This document shows positions 9,601-19,117 of a stretch of DNA of 38,747 nucleotides, piece by piece. A model generated the notes under the pieces. That model was not told where the DNA came from, searched no databases, and saw only the letters and a program-made list of their open reading frames with translations. The stretch spans positions 1-38,747 of the forward strand of contig SDNP01000029.1 in assembly GCA_004524445.1 (NCBI GenBank), given 5' to 3'. The position numbers and the translations under genes are program-made. How positions within the stretch are numbered: position 1 is the first letter of the stretch; each line of letters starts with the position of its first letter. The DNA comes from Candidatus Thorarchaeota archaeon (lineage in GTDB: Archaea > Asgardarchaeota > Thorarchaeia > Thorarchaeales > Thorarchaeaceae).

Positions 9601-10641
9601 ATGTCAGATAATGTATTGCTCAAAGTTCGAGGGCTCAAGAAGTATTTCCCGCTGACTGGTGGTGTCTTCAGGAAAGTTATTGGACAGGTTCACGCCGTCG
9701 ATGGTATCGACATGGATATCAGAAAAGGGGAGACAATGGGAATAGTTGGCGAGAGCGGCTGTGGCAAGACAACACTTGGCCGAACCGTCCTCCGCTTAAT
9801 TGAGCCTACAGAAGGGCAGATTGTTTTTGACGGAGAGGACATATCCGAGCTCAGTGGTCGAGATTTGAGAAAAATCCGAAGAGAGATGCAGATTGTCTTT
9901 CAGGATCCTATGGCGTCTCTAGACCCACGACTTACTATCAAGAATTCTGTCGGAGAGCCACTATTGGTTAATGGCATCGCTAAGGGTCCAGAAATGAGAC
10001 GAATGGTACTGGACTTGCTGCAGAAAGTCGGATTGACGGAAGACCACCTCAATCGTTTTCCACACGAATTCAGTGGTGGACAGCGGCAGAGAATCTGCAT
10101 TGCTCGTGCCCTCGCATTGAATCCTAAGTTTGTCGTGATGGATGAGCCCACCTCAAGTACGGATGTTTCTGTTCAGGCACAGACGCTGAATCTAATGAAG
10201 GACCTTCAGGAAGAATTGAACCTGACATACATGTTCATCTCACACGACTTGAGCGTTGTGAAGCACATGAGCGATAGGATAGCTGTCATGTACCTTGGCC
10301 AGATTGTAGAGCTTACCCCGCATGATATCTTCAGGGGTGCATTACACCCTTACACTTTTGCTCTCGTATCAGCCGTTCCTATTCCCAATCCCAAGTTTGC
10401 CGGCAAGGCACAAATTCTCAGTGGTGAAGTACCGAGCCCGATTAGCCCGCCCACCGGCTGTAGATTTCATCCAAGATGCATATTTGCTGAGGACATATGT
10501 GAAACCGAGCAACCCGAGCTTCGTGATATGGGTGACGGACACCTCGTTGCATGTCACTTTGCTGGAGAATTGGACTTTGGTTCAAGTGCTCAACAGACTT
10601 ATGCAGACGCCATGGGCGAAAGGGAAAAAGCGGAAGCATAG
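9601..10641 (+). CDS. oppF: Oligopeptide ABC ATPase OppF/DppF
   Basis: GESGCGKT, FSGGQRQR, MDEPTS, ISHDL, GCRFHPRC. Confidence 0.95.
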   Translation: MSDNVLLKVRGLKKYFPLTGGVFRKVIGQVHAVDGIDMDIRKGETMGIVGESGCGKTTLGRTVLRLIEPTEGQIVFDGEDISELSGRDLRKIRREMQIVFQDPMASLDPRLTIKNSVGEPLLVNGIAKGPEMRRMVLDLLQKVGLTEDHLNRFPHEFSGGQRQRICIARALALNPKFVVMDEPTSSTDVSVQAQTLNLMKDLQEELNLTYMFISHDLSVVKHMSDRIAVMYLGQIVELTPHDIFRGALHPYTFALVSAVPIPNPKFAGKAQILSGEVPSPISPPTGCRFHPRCIFAEDICETEQPELRDMGDGHLVACHFAGELDFGSSAQQTYADAMGEREKAEA

Positions 10642-10692
10642 ACGAACCGTGTGATTAAAATTCGCTCAAATGAATGATAGCTGGGACTTAAG

Positions 10693-10920
10693 ATGGCTAT
10701 TGACCCAGACACCGATAGGGCAACAGAGGACTCTGACAGAGAAATTGACTGGGCTGAATATGCCTATCAAGAAACTCAAAGGAAAAAACCCGCGATTCCC
10801 CTGGATGCAACAGATTATGTCGCTTTGCTTCTCGCATCCCTTCAGACCATCTTTCTCCCGATCGTTATTTTAGCGGTGCTATTGCTCATATTGGGCCTTT
10901 ACTTCGGGATATTGTTCTAG
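10693..10920 (+). CDS. Small membrane protein, hypothetical
   Basis: 75 aa, acidic N-terminus and hydrophobic C-terminal half. Confidence 0.7.
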   Translation: MAIDPDTDRATEDSDREIDWAEYAYQETQRKKPAIPLDATDYVALLLASLQTIFLPIVILAVLLLILGLYFGILF

Positions 10921-10938
10921 CTGGGATGTGGAATCCGC

Positions 10939-11280
10939 TTGGAATCCGGCAGGCTTTCAGAGATTCAATTCTCCTTGGCAATCGCCACAATCATTGTATC
11001 AGTCGACAGTGGCATTGCATTGGCTGTGCTTCTTGTTTATTCTGGTTATTCAGCATTCTATGTCATTAGCATCCTTTTGATTTTAGAATTCGGAATAATG
11101 CTGATTGTTGGTGCTCTGTTAATGTCAAGGCAGCCATTAGACGACACTAACCGCTATGATGATGAAGGGCATCCTGTTCAATCATGGAGAGCCGCATTGA
11201 TTGGGCGAACTGTCCTCATATCGTCACTCTTTGTTTTGGCATTTGCCGCTCTCTTTGGGTTCTTGGAGGGGGTCTTCTAG
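10939..11280 (+). CDS. Small 3-TM membrane protein, hypothetical
   Basis: Three hydrophobic segments; closely follows the previous gene. Confidence 0.7.
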   Translation: MESGRLSEIQFSLAIATIIVSVDSGIALAVLLVYSGYSAFYVISILLILEFGIMLIVGALLMSRQPLDDTNRYDDEGHPVQSWRAALIGRTVLISSLFVLAFAALFGFLEGVF

Positions 11281-12068
11281 GGATATTCCGTTGGTAGGCT
11301 GGACCTGCCCGACGAAAGCGAGAATACTAACCTTGTTAAGAGCAAAAGCACGTAGAAGAATAAAATAATGGCCAGTGCTAGATATCCCACTGAGAGTGCT
11401 GGAGAGACTGTGCTCAGAGCAAATGCGGGGGATAGAAACAAGCTCCAAGAAATGTATGAAAATGCTTGGGCAATGAGGGGTGGGATGCTACTGCCGAAGG
11501 GGGATATCACCAAGAATACAATGCCGAGAGCCGTTGAAATTCTCATCCAACTTTTTACAGAATTGAATGCAATCTTTGCATAAACGACATCTTGCCTATT
11601 TAGGTCGGACAAATCTTTCTCCATAAGAAACCCTAACAGCTCCTGAGACGTCTTTGCGTTCCCGGGACCCATTACAACTGCCAATCCGACAATGAAGACC
11701 ATAATCATCACGCCGGTTGCAACGATCGACCCGACTAGGAGCAGAACGACTACCATCGATGACGCACCAAGAATGAGCGCTAGGCAAATGAATCCACTCA
11801 AGGTGTTATCCTCAAGATAGTCATTAATCCTGTCTTGGAATGAATTATGGCTATTGTTTGACACGTTATCCATGACCCATTGATGTGATATACATCTACT
11901 CAGTTCCCCCTCAATCTTTTCGCCCTCTCTGGCTTTCCAGACATCATGATGAAGATTCTCTTGGAACTGCTTAAACGCACCATATTCGCGGAATCGCCAA
12001 ATGGCTGATAGGATGATGAGAATACCGGAAGCGAGAAAGGCAGTAGGCAATTCCATTTCATATGGCAA
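11277..12068 (-). CDS. Multi-pass membrane protein, hypothetical
   Basis: 263-aa ORF with several hydrophobic helices; start could be 12056. Confidence 0.75.
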   Translation of the reverse strand: MPYEMELPTAFLASGILIILSAIWRFREYGAFKQFQENLHHDVWKAREGEKIEGELSRCISHQWVMDNVSNNSHNSFQDRINDYLEDNTLSGFICLALILGASSMVVVLLLVGSIVATGVMIMVFIVGLAVVMGPGNAKTSQELLGFLMEKDLSDLNRQDVVYAKIAFNSVKSWMRISTALGIVFLVISPFGSSIPPLIAQAFSYISWSLFLSPAFALSTVSPALSVGYLALAIILFFYVLLLLTRLVFSLSSGRSSLPTEYP

Positions 12069-12097
12069 ATTTCATTTTCTCTTTAATATATGCTCAT

Positions 12098-12952
12098 TCA
12101 GACATCACGATAATGCATTATCAATTGTTCAATAGCAAACATCCATACATGATGGAATAGTTCTCTTGATTTGTTGCTATTTCCATAGTTTCTGGCAATG
12201 TAAATTGTTACGTTTCCACGAAGATTTACTGGTCTTGAGTTGTTTACAGAGAGCGCGACTCGCTCTCCCTTCGTTTTGAGTTCCATTCCACGCTGCCTTA
12301 ACACTTTGGGACTCTCAGAAAACGTATAATCCAGATTATTTTTCGGAATGGGATATATCTCACATTCTAAGCCATTAAAATCAACAAAGACTTCAATAGT
12401 TGCGAACTCGTATCGGGGTATCGGCTTAGTTGGCCGAGGAAATGACGGCGCAATAACGGGGCGCATTTTTGGTTTATTCATTGCAACGCCCCCTTCAACA
12501 ATCCCGCAGAAATCCCCACCAGCTCCCGAGAAATGTAATCGGTGGATAGAATCCACTTCTGTATCGAAAACGCCTGTTTCCTCTTTGACTACTCCGTACG
12601 GATTATCCTTTCCTTCAGCCGCTTTGCTCCAGTAGTAAAATGGGCATGTTACCATGGGAAGAATTCTTTCTGACCAAAGAATCTTCTTTTTCATAATCTT
12701 GATTATTTCCTCATTGACCACGAATAAAGAAAATTCTGCTGGTCCCAGCGTCTTCGCATATTCTGATAGAGCTACGGCTGAATTCTCTTGGTCTAAAATA
12801 ATCCGGGATGCCGCTTCTCTTAGGTCCTCAGGTTCTAGTTCTAGAGAGGTTTTGTCGCTGGTGCCTATGGGCTGCCGTATGTCAAATGAATACGCATATC
12901 TTTCCTGAAATTCTCGAATTGATGACATGGGAAATTGGATACTAGGCTTCAC
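12098..12952 (-). CDS. Soluble hypothetical protein
   Basis: 284-aa ORF with protein-like composition; no motif recognised; start could be ATG 12928. Confidence 0.75.
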   Translation of the reverse strand: MKPSIQFPMSSIREFQERYAYSFDIRQPIGTSDKTSLELEPEDLREAASRIILDQENSAVALSEYAKTLGPAEFSLFVVNEEIIKIMKKKILWSERILPMVTCPFYYWSKAAEGKDNPYGVVKEETGVFDTEVDSIHRLHFSGAGGDFCGIVEGGVAMNKPKMRPVIAPSFPRPTKPIPRYEFATIEVFVDFNGLECEIYPIPKNNLDYTFSESPKVLRQRGMELKTKGERVALSVNNSRPVNLRGNVTIYIARNYGNSNKSRELFHHVWMFAIEQLIMHYRDV

Positions 12953-13212
12953 AAATTGGGTATCTTCTTAACGTCCATATTCTTTTTGGTCATTACGCGC
13001 CAATTGGTCGCTAGCTCAAAACACGTATATATCCAGATTATACTTGAGCTATGTCGTCTATTAGCCGGGAGAACGGACGCGACCTCTCGAGCAACCCTGA
13101 ATCGGGTTCAGAAAAACGGTTGGATTGCTAGGATTGGTTTCCTCTGTTTGCCGTGTTCTCTATTGCTCTGATCGAGGTCTTCCTCTTGGTGGGTACACTT
13201 CGGTGCCCACCC

Positions 13213-14292
13213 CTATTCTTTTTGAATCTCCTCATAACGAATGCATCGTATCCAGTGTCCTGGCTCTACTTCTCTGTATTCAGGAACCTTTTCCTTGCAC
13301 CCATCTTTCGCAAAGTCACATCGCGGATGGAATGGACAGCCTTCTGGAATGTTGCGTGGGTCAGGTGGCTCGCCTCGGATGCCCCTAAGTTTCGGACGGG
13401 ATCCTCCCTCACGCATACGCATCATGGCAATGGTTGGAAATGATGCCATCAAGCCCATGGTGTACGGATGACCTGGACTATGGTATATTTGAACCGCATT
13501 GCCAAGCTCCATTATTTTGCCTGCATACATTATGGCAATTCTATCCGAAACCTCAGCAATCACACCTGCGTCATGGCTAATCATGATGGTCGAAACATCG
13601 AATTCGTCTTTGACCATTTGAAGCACATTCATTATCTGTCTTTGAATCGTCACGTCTAGTGCACTGGTTGGTTCATCGGCTATTACTAGATATGGTCCTG
13701 AGATTAACGACATGGCAATGAGTACCCTTTGAGCTTCTCCACCACTAAAACTGCCGGGGTCCAATACATAGCGAGTGTCCGCGTCGGCTAGGCTCACGAG
13801 ATTGAGAAAATCCAAGACTTTCTTCTTCATTTCTATGAGACGCACATCTTCATCATGAATCTCAATTGGCTCTCCTGTTTGCATGCCAATGGAATATTGT
13901 GGATTCAGTGCATGTGTGAGTCCTTGTGGAATCATTGCAATCTCTTTTCCTCTGAGTTTTGCAAGCTCTTCATATGGCGTGTTCAGCATGTCATGTCCTC
14001 TGAAGATTACTGTGCCAGTAGCGCCAGGCGTTTCTTCTCCGTTTTTCTCAAACTCCTTTAGGAGTCCTGGTACATTGGATGAACCTGCTCGAAACCGTGC
14101 CATCTTGTCGAAAAGCCCGATTATGGCAAGAGCAAGTGAGCTCTTGCCACAGCCACTCTCGCCCAAAATGCCTAATGACTCTCCCTTCTTCACGTCAAAT
14201 GAAACATCATCGACTGCTTTTATCAAACCGTCTTTTGACGGGTAGTATGCTCTTAGGTTTTCAACATGTAGTATGACTTCCTCGTCGGACAT
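13213..14292 (-). CDS. Orphan OppD-like ABC ATPase
   Basis: GESGCGKS, FSGGEAQR, IADEPTSALD, ISHD, GCPFHPRC...C...C; start at MSDEEV. Confidence 0.92.
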   Translation of the reverse strand: MSDEEVILHVENLRAYYPSKDGLIKAVDDVSFDVKKGESLGILGESGCGKSSLALAIIGLFDKMARFRAGSSNVPGLLKEFEKNGEETPGATGTVIFRGHDMLNTPYEELAKLRGKEIAMIPQGLTHALNPQYSIGMQTGEPIEIHDEDVRLIEMKKKVLDFLNLVSLADADTRYVLDPGSFSGGEAQRVLIAMSLISGPYLVIADEPTSALDVTIQRQIMNVLQMVKDEFDVSTIMISHDAGVIAEVSDRIAIMYAGKIMELGNAVQIYHSPGHPYTMGLMASFPTIAMMRMREGGSRPKLRGIRGEPPDPRNIPEGCPFHPRCDFAKDGCKEKVPEYREVEPGHWIRCIRYEEIQKE

Positions 14293-14375
14293 GATGCTCA
14301 CTTCTAGGTCCAGAAAGTTTTGTATTAAAACAATGTTGATGAAGCAGAACTTGATTTTCATTAAACCTACTTAGT

Positions 14376-14388
14376 AACCCTTTATACA
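14376..14388 (+). promoter_or_regulatory. TATA box upstream of the DUF362 gene
   Basis: AACCC-TTTATA (14381-14386), ~33 nt before ATG 14419. Confidence 0.5.
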
Positions 14389-14418
14389 TGGATTGTTCTT
14401 CGTTTGATAGGGTTAAGA

Positions 14419-15597
14419 ATGAGCAAGGTGTATTTCTCGGACAGAAAAGCAGAATCTCACTATAACATGCTTGACAAGCTGGAGCATGTCCTACAAGAGA
14501 TGGGATTTTTGGATGCAATTGAAGAAGGCGAAAAGGTTATGGTCAAGACCCATTTTGGGCAATGGGGAAATACTAACTATATTCGTCCTGCCTATGTTCG
14601 GAAGGCCGTTGAACTTATTCGTGAAGCGGGTGGTGTCCCATTCGTTTGTGAATCTTGCGGGCTTGGTTATGGTGAGGGTGGTGCATATGGCGGACGAACA
14701 ACGGCTCCTGAATATCTTGCCATGGCTGAACTGAACGGCTATACGCAGGCAACGGTTAATGCCCCGATACTCATGGCAGATGGTTATTGGGGGACTGATG
14801 TCTTTGATGTCGAGATTGACGGTGAGTACGTGAAAAAGGTAGATGTAGCAACCGCTGTCCTTGATTCTGATAAGATATTGATGCTCACACACGCAAAGGG
14901 TCATGGTCTCGGTGGGTTAGGTGGATCTGTCAAAAATCTTGGAATTGGACTAGTAGGCAAGAAAGGCAAAGCCGAGATGCATTGGATGGGCGATATCGAT
15001 TTGGATGAAGAGAAATGCCTGGGTCCTGAATGCTCTAAGTGCCTGAAGGTCTGCCCAGTAAGATGTATAACAATGGAAGAAAAGGCTAATATTGAAAAAG
15101 ATGAATGCATTGCATGTTATCACTGCATTCACGTATGCAATCGTGTTAAGGCAAAGGCTATCTCAATGACCTGGCGCCCAAATCATACGCAAGTCTATAG
15201 ATTTGTTGAGAACGCTCTTGGGGTCATTGATTCCATTGGCCGCGAGAAGTTCTGGTATGTCAATCTCGCAGTGGATATCTCCGACAAGTGTGATTGCTGG
15301 AATGTAGGTGCACCTCTACTAGTTCATGACATTGGCATCTTCGGCTCAAAAGACCCTTTGGCTATAGACCAAGCATCATTGGATGCAATAAATGAAGCTC
15401 CTGCCAATCCAGAGTCCGCAGTTGGTAAAGAAGTGTGTCAGGAGAAGTTCGCTACTGCTCATGCCTGCAAGGACCCCGATTCTGGCGAGATTGTGCCGCT
15501 TGCCGATATTCAGATGGCTCATGCTGACAAGATGAAGTTGGGTTCTCGCGAATATGAGCTTGTCCAGCTGACAAGAGAGAAGCCTGACAAGAGCTAG
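14419..15597 (+). CDS. DUF362-family Fe-S protein with an inserted 2x[4Fe-4S] ferredoxin domain
   Basis: VKTHFGQWGN, ADG, THAKGH, GGSVKNLGIG, CLGPECSKCLKVCP / CIACYHCIHVC, CDC, DIGIFGSKDPLAIDQA. Confidence 0.88.
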   Translation: MSKVYFSDRKAESHYNMLDKLEHVLQEMGFLDAIEEGEKVMVKTHFGQWGNTNYIRPAYVRKAVELIREAGGVPFVCESCGLGYGEGGAYGGRTTAPEYLAMAELNGYTQATVNAPILMADGYWGTDVFDVEIDGEYVKKVDVATAVLDSDKILMLTHAKGHGLGGLGGSVKNLGIGLVGKKGKAEMHWMGDIDLDEEKCLGPECSKCLKVCPVRCITMEEKANIEKDECIACYHCIHVCNRVKAKAISMTWRPNHTQVYRFVENALGVIDSIGREKFWYVNLAVDISDKCDCWNVGAPLLVHDIGIFGSKDPLAIDQASLDAINEAPANPESAVGKEVCQEKFATAHACKDPDSGEIVPLADIQMAHADKMKLGSREYELVQLTREKPDKS

Positions 15598-15604
15598 GAA
15601 GACT

Positions 15605-16144
15605 ATGGAGTTGTGGAAATACATGCAGGAAGAATGGTTCAGAACAATGCTTGCTGAAGCTCATCGAAATCAGAGAAATCATCTCGAAAGAATGATTGCC
15701 GGATTAACCGATGAGCACATTATGAAGAAAGTGATACCCAACGAGGAACAGTCTAGTATTTTCGTTCTTCTCGAACATATTGCATCATCCGAAACATACT
15801 GGTTCTACAGAAGCAAGCATGGAATTGGCTCTCGGCCTGAAACCAGCAAGCCAGCGGAGATTCTTGAGAAATTGAAGGAAAACTCGGAGAAGATTCTTGA
15901 TGTACTTCAAAGATGCAGCAAAGAACAACTCCGCATTATTCCTCCATCGCCAGCTGAAGGTCCATCCGTAGCTTGGGCTCTGCTTAGGACGTATATGCAT
16001 GGAATATACCATTCTGGACAAATTGCCAAGTTCAGATATTTAGCTGGGGCTCCGCCGCTTCCGGAGGAGGACATTGACAATTGGGCACGTGCCGTTGACT
16101 CGGTCGCGGCGATAGTAGACGGTTTCATAGACCAGATTGGTTAG
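15605..16144 (+). CDS. DinB/YfiT-family metalloprotein
   Basis: His triad in LEHIASSETYW and HGIYHSGQI; 7 nt after the DUF362 stop. Confidence 0.85.
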   Translation: MELWKYMQEEWFRTMLAEAHRNQRNHLERMIAGLTDEHIMKKVIPNEEQSSIFVLLEHIASSETYWFYRSKHGIGSRPETSKPAEILEKLKENSEKILDVLQRCSKEQLRIIPPSPAEGPSVAWALLRTYMHGIYHSGQIAKFRYLAGAPPLPEEDIDNWARAVDSVAAIVDGFIDQIG

Positions 16145-16229
16145 CGTCTTGTATTGCATTTCTAAAGGACAGAAAAACAGAATGGACTTATCTATATAGT
16201 TGCATCTGCCTTTTTGGAGATTTGTAGAA

Positions 16230-16367
16230 TTGCAGGGGTTCCCTAGAGAGGCAAAATTTCGATATTCTTGGCGAAATTATCAAGCCAGGACATTGAAGGA
16301 ATTGAGTGATTATCTCGAGGACGGAGTCAAACGAAATCCCATTGAGTCACGCTTATACTGCGCATAA
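16230..16367 (+). pseudogene. N-terminal fragment of a DEAD/DEAH-box (ResIII-like) helicase
   Basis: Manual translation (TTG)MQGFPREAKFRYSWRNYQARTLKELSDYLEDGVKRNPIESRLYCA*. WRxYQ resembles an SF2 Q-motif; the ORF ends before any Walker A; TATA-like TTATCTATATA at 16188-16198. Confidence 0.5.
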
Positions 16368-16511
16368 GTGGGGCCTCTCAAATTCCTGAATCTCTCAGGA
16401 CACCTCGTAAACTTCCTCCTGCTCCGATAGAAACCTCCAGCTCCTCCAGCAAATTCGAGGCCTTTGAGTCACAACAAACTCCAGTTGCCAAGTGTTATTG
16501 TCAGAGCATTG

Positions 16512-17837
16512 CTATGTATCTCGGATCTTTTGCTTTCCTCTCTGCAAATATGGAGTGAACCTGATACGTGATGGGCACACGTATGAACAGAGTCCGCAGT
16601 CAATGCATACCTCAACATGAAGCTTCTTCAATCGGTCTATATCTCCTGCTTTTTCAGCCTCCATTATCAGTTGAGGATAGATATCAACTGGACAGACAGT
16701 ATTGCAATAGCCACAGCGGATACATGGCAGGGGGTTCCGATACGGATCCGGTTCCTTTTGTGTGAAAGCGGTGATTCCCGAGGTCGCTTTCAAAACAGGA
16801 TATGATGAATTAGGTATGGAGGGGCCCATCATTGTTGAACCAATCACAATACGTTCGAATTCGCTTGGCGATACCCCGACTGATTCTAGCACATGCTCGA
16901 CCGGTGTACCCATTCGAACCCAGAGATTCTTTCCTCCCGTTTTTTTCGAATACATGGTTAGGCCCCTACTAACGAGCGGCTCTCCATCTATGACTGCCCG
17001 TTTGACAGCATGCGCAGTCGATACGTTGTGAACCACTGCCCCAATGTCTGGTGGATATTTCCCATATGGAATCTCTTTGTCAAGAATCTCCTTTATGAGC
17101 AATTTCTCGCTTCCGATCGAATAGCTAGGCCTTATTCTTATGATAGGGATGTCGTTTTCGCCCAGTAGTTTCTCGAACTCAGGAATCTCACCCTCTTTTG
17201 TTCTTGTGGCAAATATGACCTCATCTGCCTCAAGCATCTGGGTCATCAACTTGATTCCAGTTATTATTCCAGCGGGCTTTTCGACCATCAGTCGTGAATC
17301 GCATGCTATGTTTGGGTCACTTTCCTTTGCATTGATAAGAAGATGAGATATCGGTTTCTCTGGAGATAATTTGACATGAGTCGGAAATGAAGCTCCCCCC
17401 AGACCTACAACACCTGCTTCCCTTACCCTCTCCTGCAATTCCTCTGTTGTCGCATCATCCGGATCTAAAGGCTCGTAGTAGGGTTTTTGTTTATCATCAT
17501 GGGTTTCTATAATCAAAGCCATCTCTTTCTTGCCCGATTCGGGATGCTGCCTTTGGGTCAGGGCAACAACTCTTCCGTTTACTGGACTATGTATGGGAAC
17601 AACAAGCGGTCCGCCACTCAAATCATCACCAATCTTCTGTCCGTAGAATACCTTATCGCCTACTTGAACTGAGGGCTTCGTTTCAGGTCCGATATGCTGA
17701 CGCAGGAAAACAACCATCTCCTTAGCCGGCGGAATAAATATGAACGGGGAATCCACTGCATCTCTCTTCATGGACAGGTCCATTTTGAAGCCCCCCTTTT
17801 CTACAAACTCACTTACAGGTTTTTCGTTGGTCTTCAT
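16512..17837 (-). CDS. rnfC: RnfC/RsxC-like electron-transport subunit
   Basis: LRQHIG, PIHSPVNG, AGVVGLGGASFPTHVK, CIRCGYCNTVCP and CIDCGLCSYVCPS. Confidence 0.92.
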   Translation of the reverse strand: MKTNEKPVSEFVEKGGFKMDLSMKRDAVDSPFIFIPPAKEMVVFLRQHIGPETKPSVQVGDKVFYGQKIGDDLSGGPLVVPIHSPVNGRVVALTQRQHPESGKKEMALIIETHDDKQKPYYEPLDPDDATTEELQERVREAGVVGLGGASFPTHVKLSPEKPISHLLINAKESDPNIACDSRLMVEKPAGIITGIKLMTQMLEADEVIFATRTKEGEIPEFEKLLGENDIPIIRIRPSYSIGSEKLLIKEILDKEIPYGKYPPDIGAVVHNVSTAHAVKRAVIDGEPLVSRGLTMYSKKTGGKNLWVRMGTPVEHVLESVGVSPSEFERIVIGSTMMGPSIPNSSYPVLKATSGITAFTQKEPDPYRNPLPCIRCGYCNTVCPVDIYPQLIMEAEKAGDIDRLKKLHVEVCIDCGLCSYVCPSRIRFTPYLQRGKQKIRDT

Positions 17838-17839
17838 GA

Positions 17840-18886
17840 CTAGGTTCCTCCGTCGTCCTCCCTTAGTCCATAAGGTGTCCTGATTCCGATTTTGTCAAGA
17901 TATGGCGTTGCTAGGTTAAGAACTAATAGTGCGATAATCGATCCTCCAAGGACATTAAGAAGTTGTAGTGCAAATGTCAGTAGGGCAAGTGTAACGCCAA
18001 AGATAATCTGGGATATTTCCGGCATGGGTGTTGACTGCGGTTCAGTTGCCATAAAGAAGACCATGAAGATGACACTTCCTGTGAAGACATGGAACGCAAT
18101 CCGCAAAATGGGATCTCCTCCGACTGCCAGTCCAGTAATTACAGCAAGAGCCGTCATTGTCGTCAGAGTAGATATGATGATGCGCCACTTGAATTTGAGC
18201 CAGTATGCTGCTAGCGCACCTACAACGAGTACGACAATTCCAGATGCGCCGCCAATCCAGCCATGGGTTTGCCAGAGCACAAGGGCCTGCGCGGGTGAGA
18301 GCTCAATACCCAGAATTGGCAATATCTTTCCACTGAAAATCCACATCGAGTCCTGAAAGCCTTCAGCACTCAGAAGATCCAGGCTGAGATGATGTGGATG
18401 AAAGATCATCCCAACGTCCAGAGAGTCTTCCAAGAATATCATGAGAGAGAGCAGTACGAGCAGCACAGTCTTAGATGCTGCAGCAGGGTTGACGTATTTT
18501 CTGTCGAAATATGCCCCCTGTCCGTACTTGAACACTAGGATTGTAATCAAGGCCACGGTAACAGTAACTAGAAATGGACTGGCGATGGGCATAGCTAATC
18601 CCACTATCAAACCTGCAACCATGGGCGAGCTAGGTGATTCATATGTTGGTTTCATTCCTCGCCATTTCTGATAGTAGAATATCAGACCATGTACCAGAAT
18701 AACCGTGACAACAGCAATCATGATATGAAAGAAGGCATCGAGGCCCATCACAATGACAGAGGCAAGAGCGATGAATGACATCGACAGAAAGGTCTTGAAC
18801 ATCAACTCGTCCTTTGTGAAGCCCATGTACATGTGTGGTGGTTCAACCTTGACATATTCTACTGCGTTTTCCTCTTCATTGCTCAT
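17840..18886 (-). CDS. rnfD: RnfD/NqrB-family membrane subunit
   Basis: PPH, VNPAAA, GWIGGAS, VFFMATEPQSTP; ~10 TM helices; GGTGA SD. Confidence 0.88.
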   Translation of the reverse strand: MSNEEENAVEYVKVEPPHMYMGFTKDELMFKTFLSMSFIALASVIVMGLDAFFHIMIAVVTVILVHGLIFYYQKWRGMKPTYESPSSPMVAGLIVGLAMPIASPFLVTVTVALITILVFKYGQGAYFDRKYVNPAAASKTVLLVLLSLMIFLEDSLDVGMIFHPHHLSLDLLSAEGFQDSMWIFSGKILPILGIELSPAQALVLWQTHGWIGGASGIVVLVVGALAAYWLKFKWRIIISTLTTMTALAVITGLAVGGDPILRIAFHVFTGSVIFMVFFMATEPQSTPMPEISQIIFGVTLALLTFALQLLNVLGGSIIALLVLNLATPYLDKIGIRTPYGLREDDGGT

Positions 18887-19117
18887 CGGTGTTTCACCTA
18901 TATCCTATCCTCTAGAAAAAAGACAAGTCTTTAAGTTTCTCGTCTACAGTTTTTGAATAGAAAAAGAATCAGTCATCTAGGCCCTTAGTTAACCAGCACC
19001 GATTCTTCTTCCAATTAAGGCTACAAGTAGCCAATGTCTTGAATATCTTTTGGAATTACTGCTCAATTTGCCGGAGGTTGCACGTGTTAGTGGATAAGAA
19101 CAGATGATTAGATTTCA

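Noticed and set aside
13060-13212. RNase P RNA, SRP RNA or 5S rRNA
   Set aside because: Minus-strand GAGGAAG and GAACACGG are only partial matches; the P4 3' strand, SRP helix 8 and 5S helices are absent.
16342-16473. TTGAGTCAC repeated twice as a target-site duplication
   Set aside because: A 9-bp match with no terminal inverted repeats or element between; could be chance.
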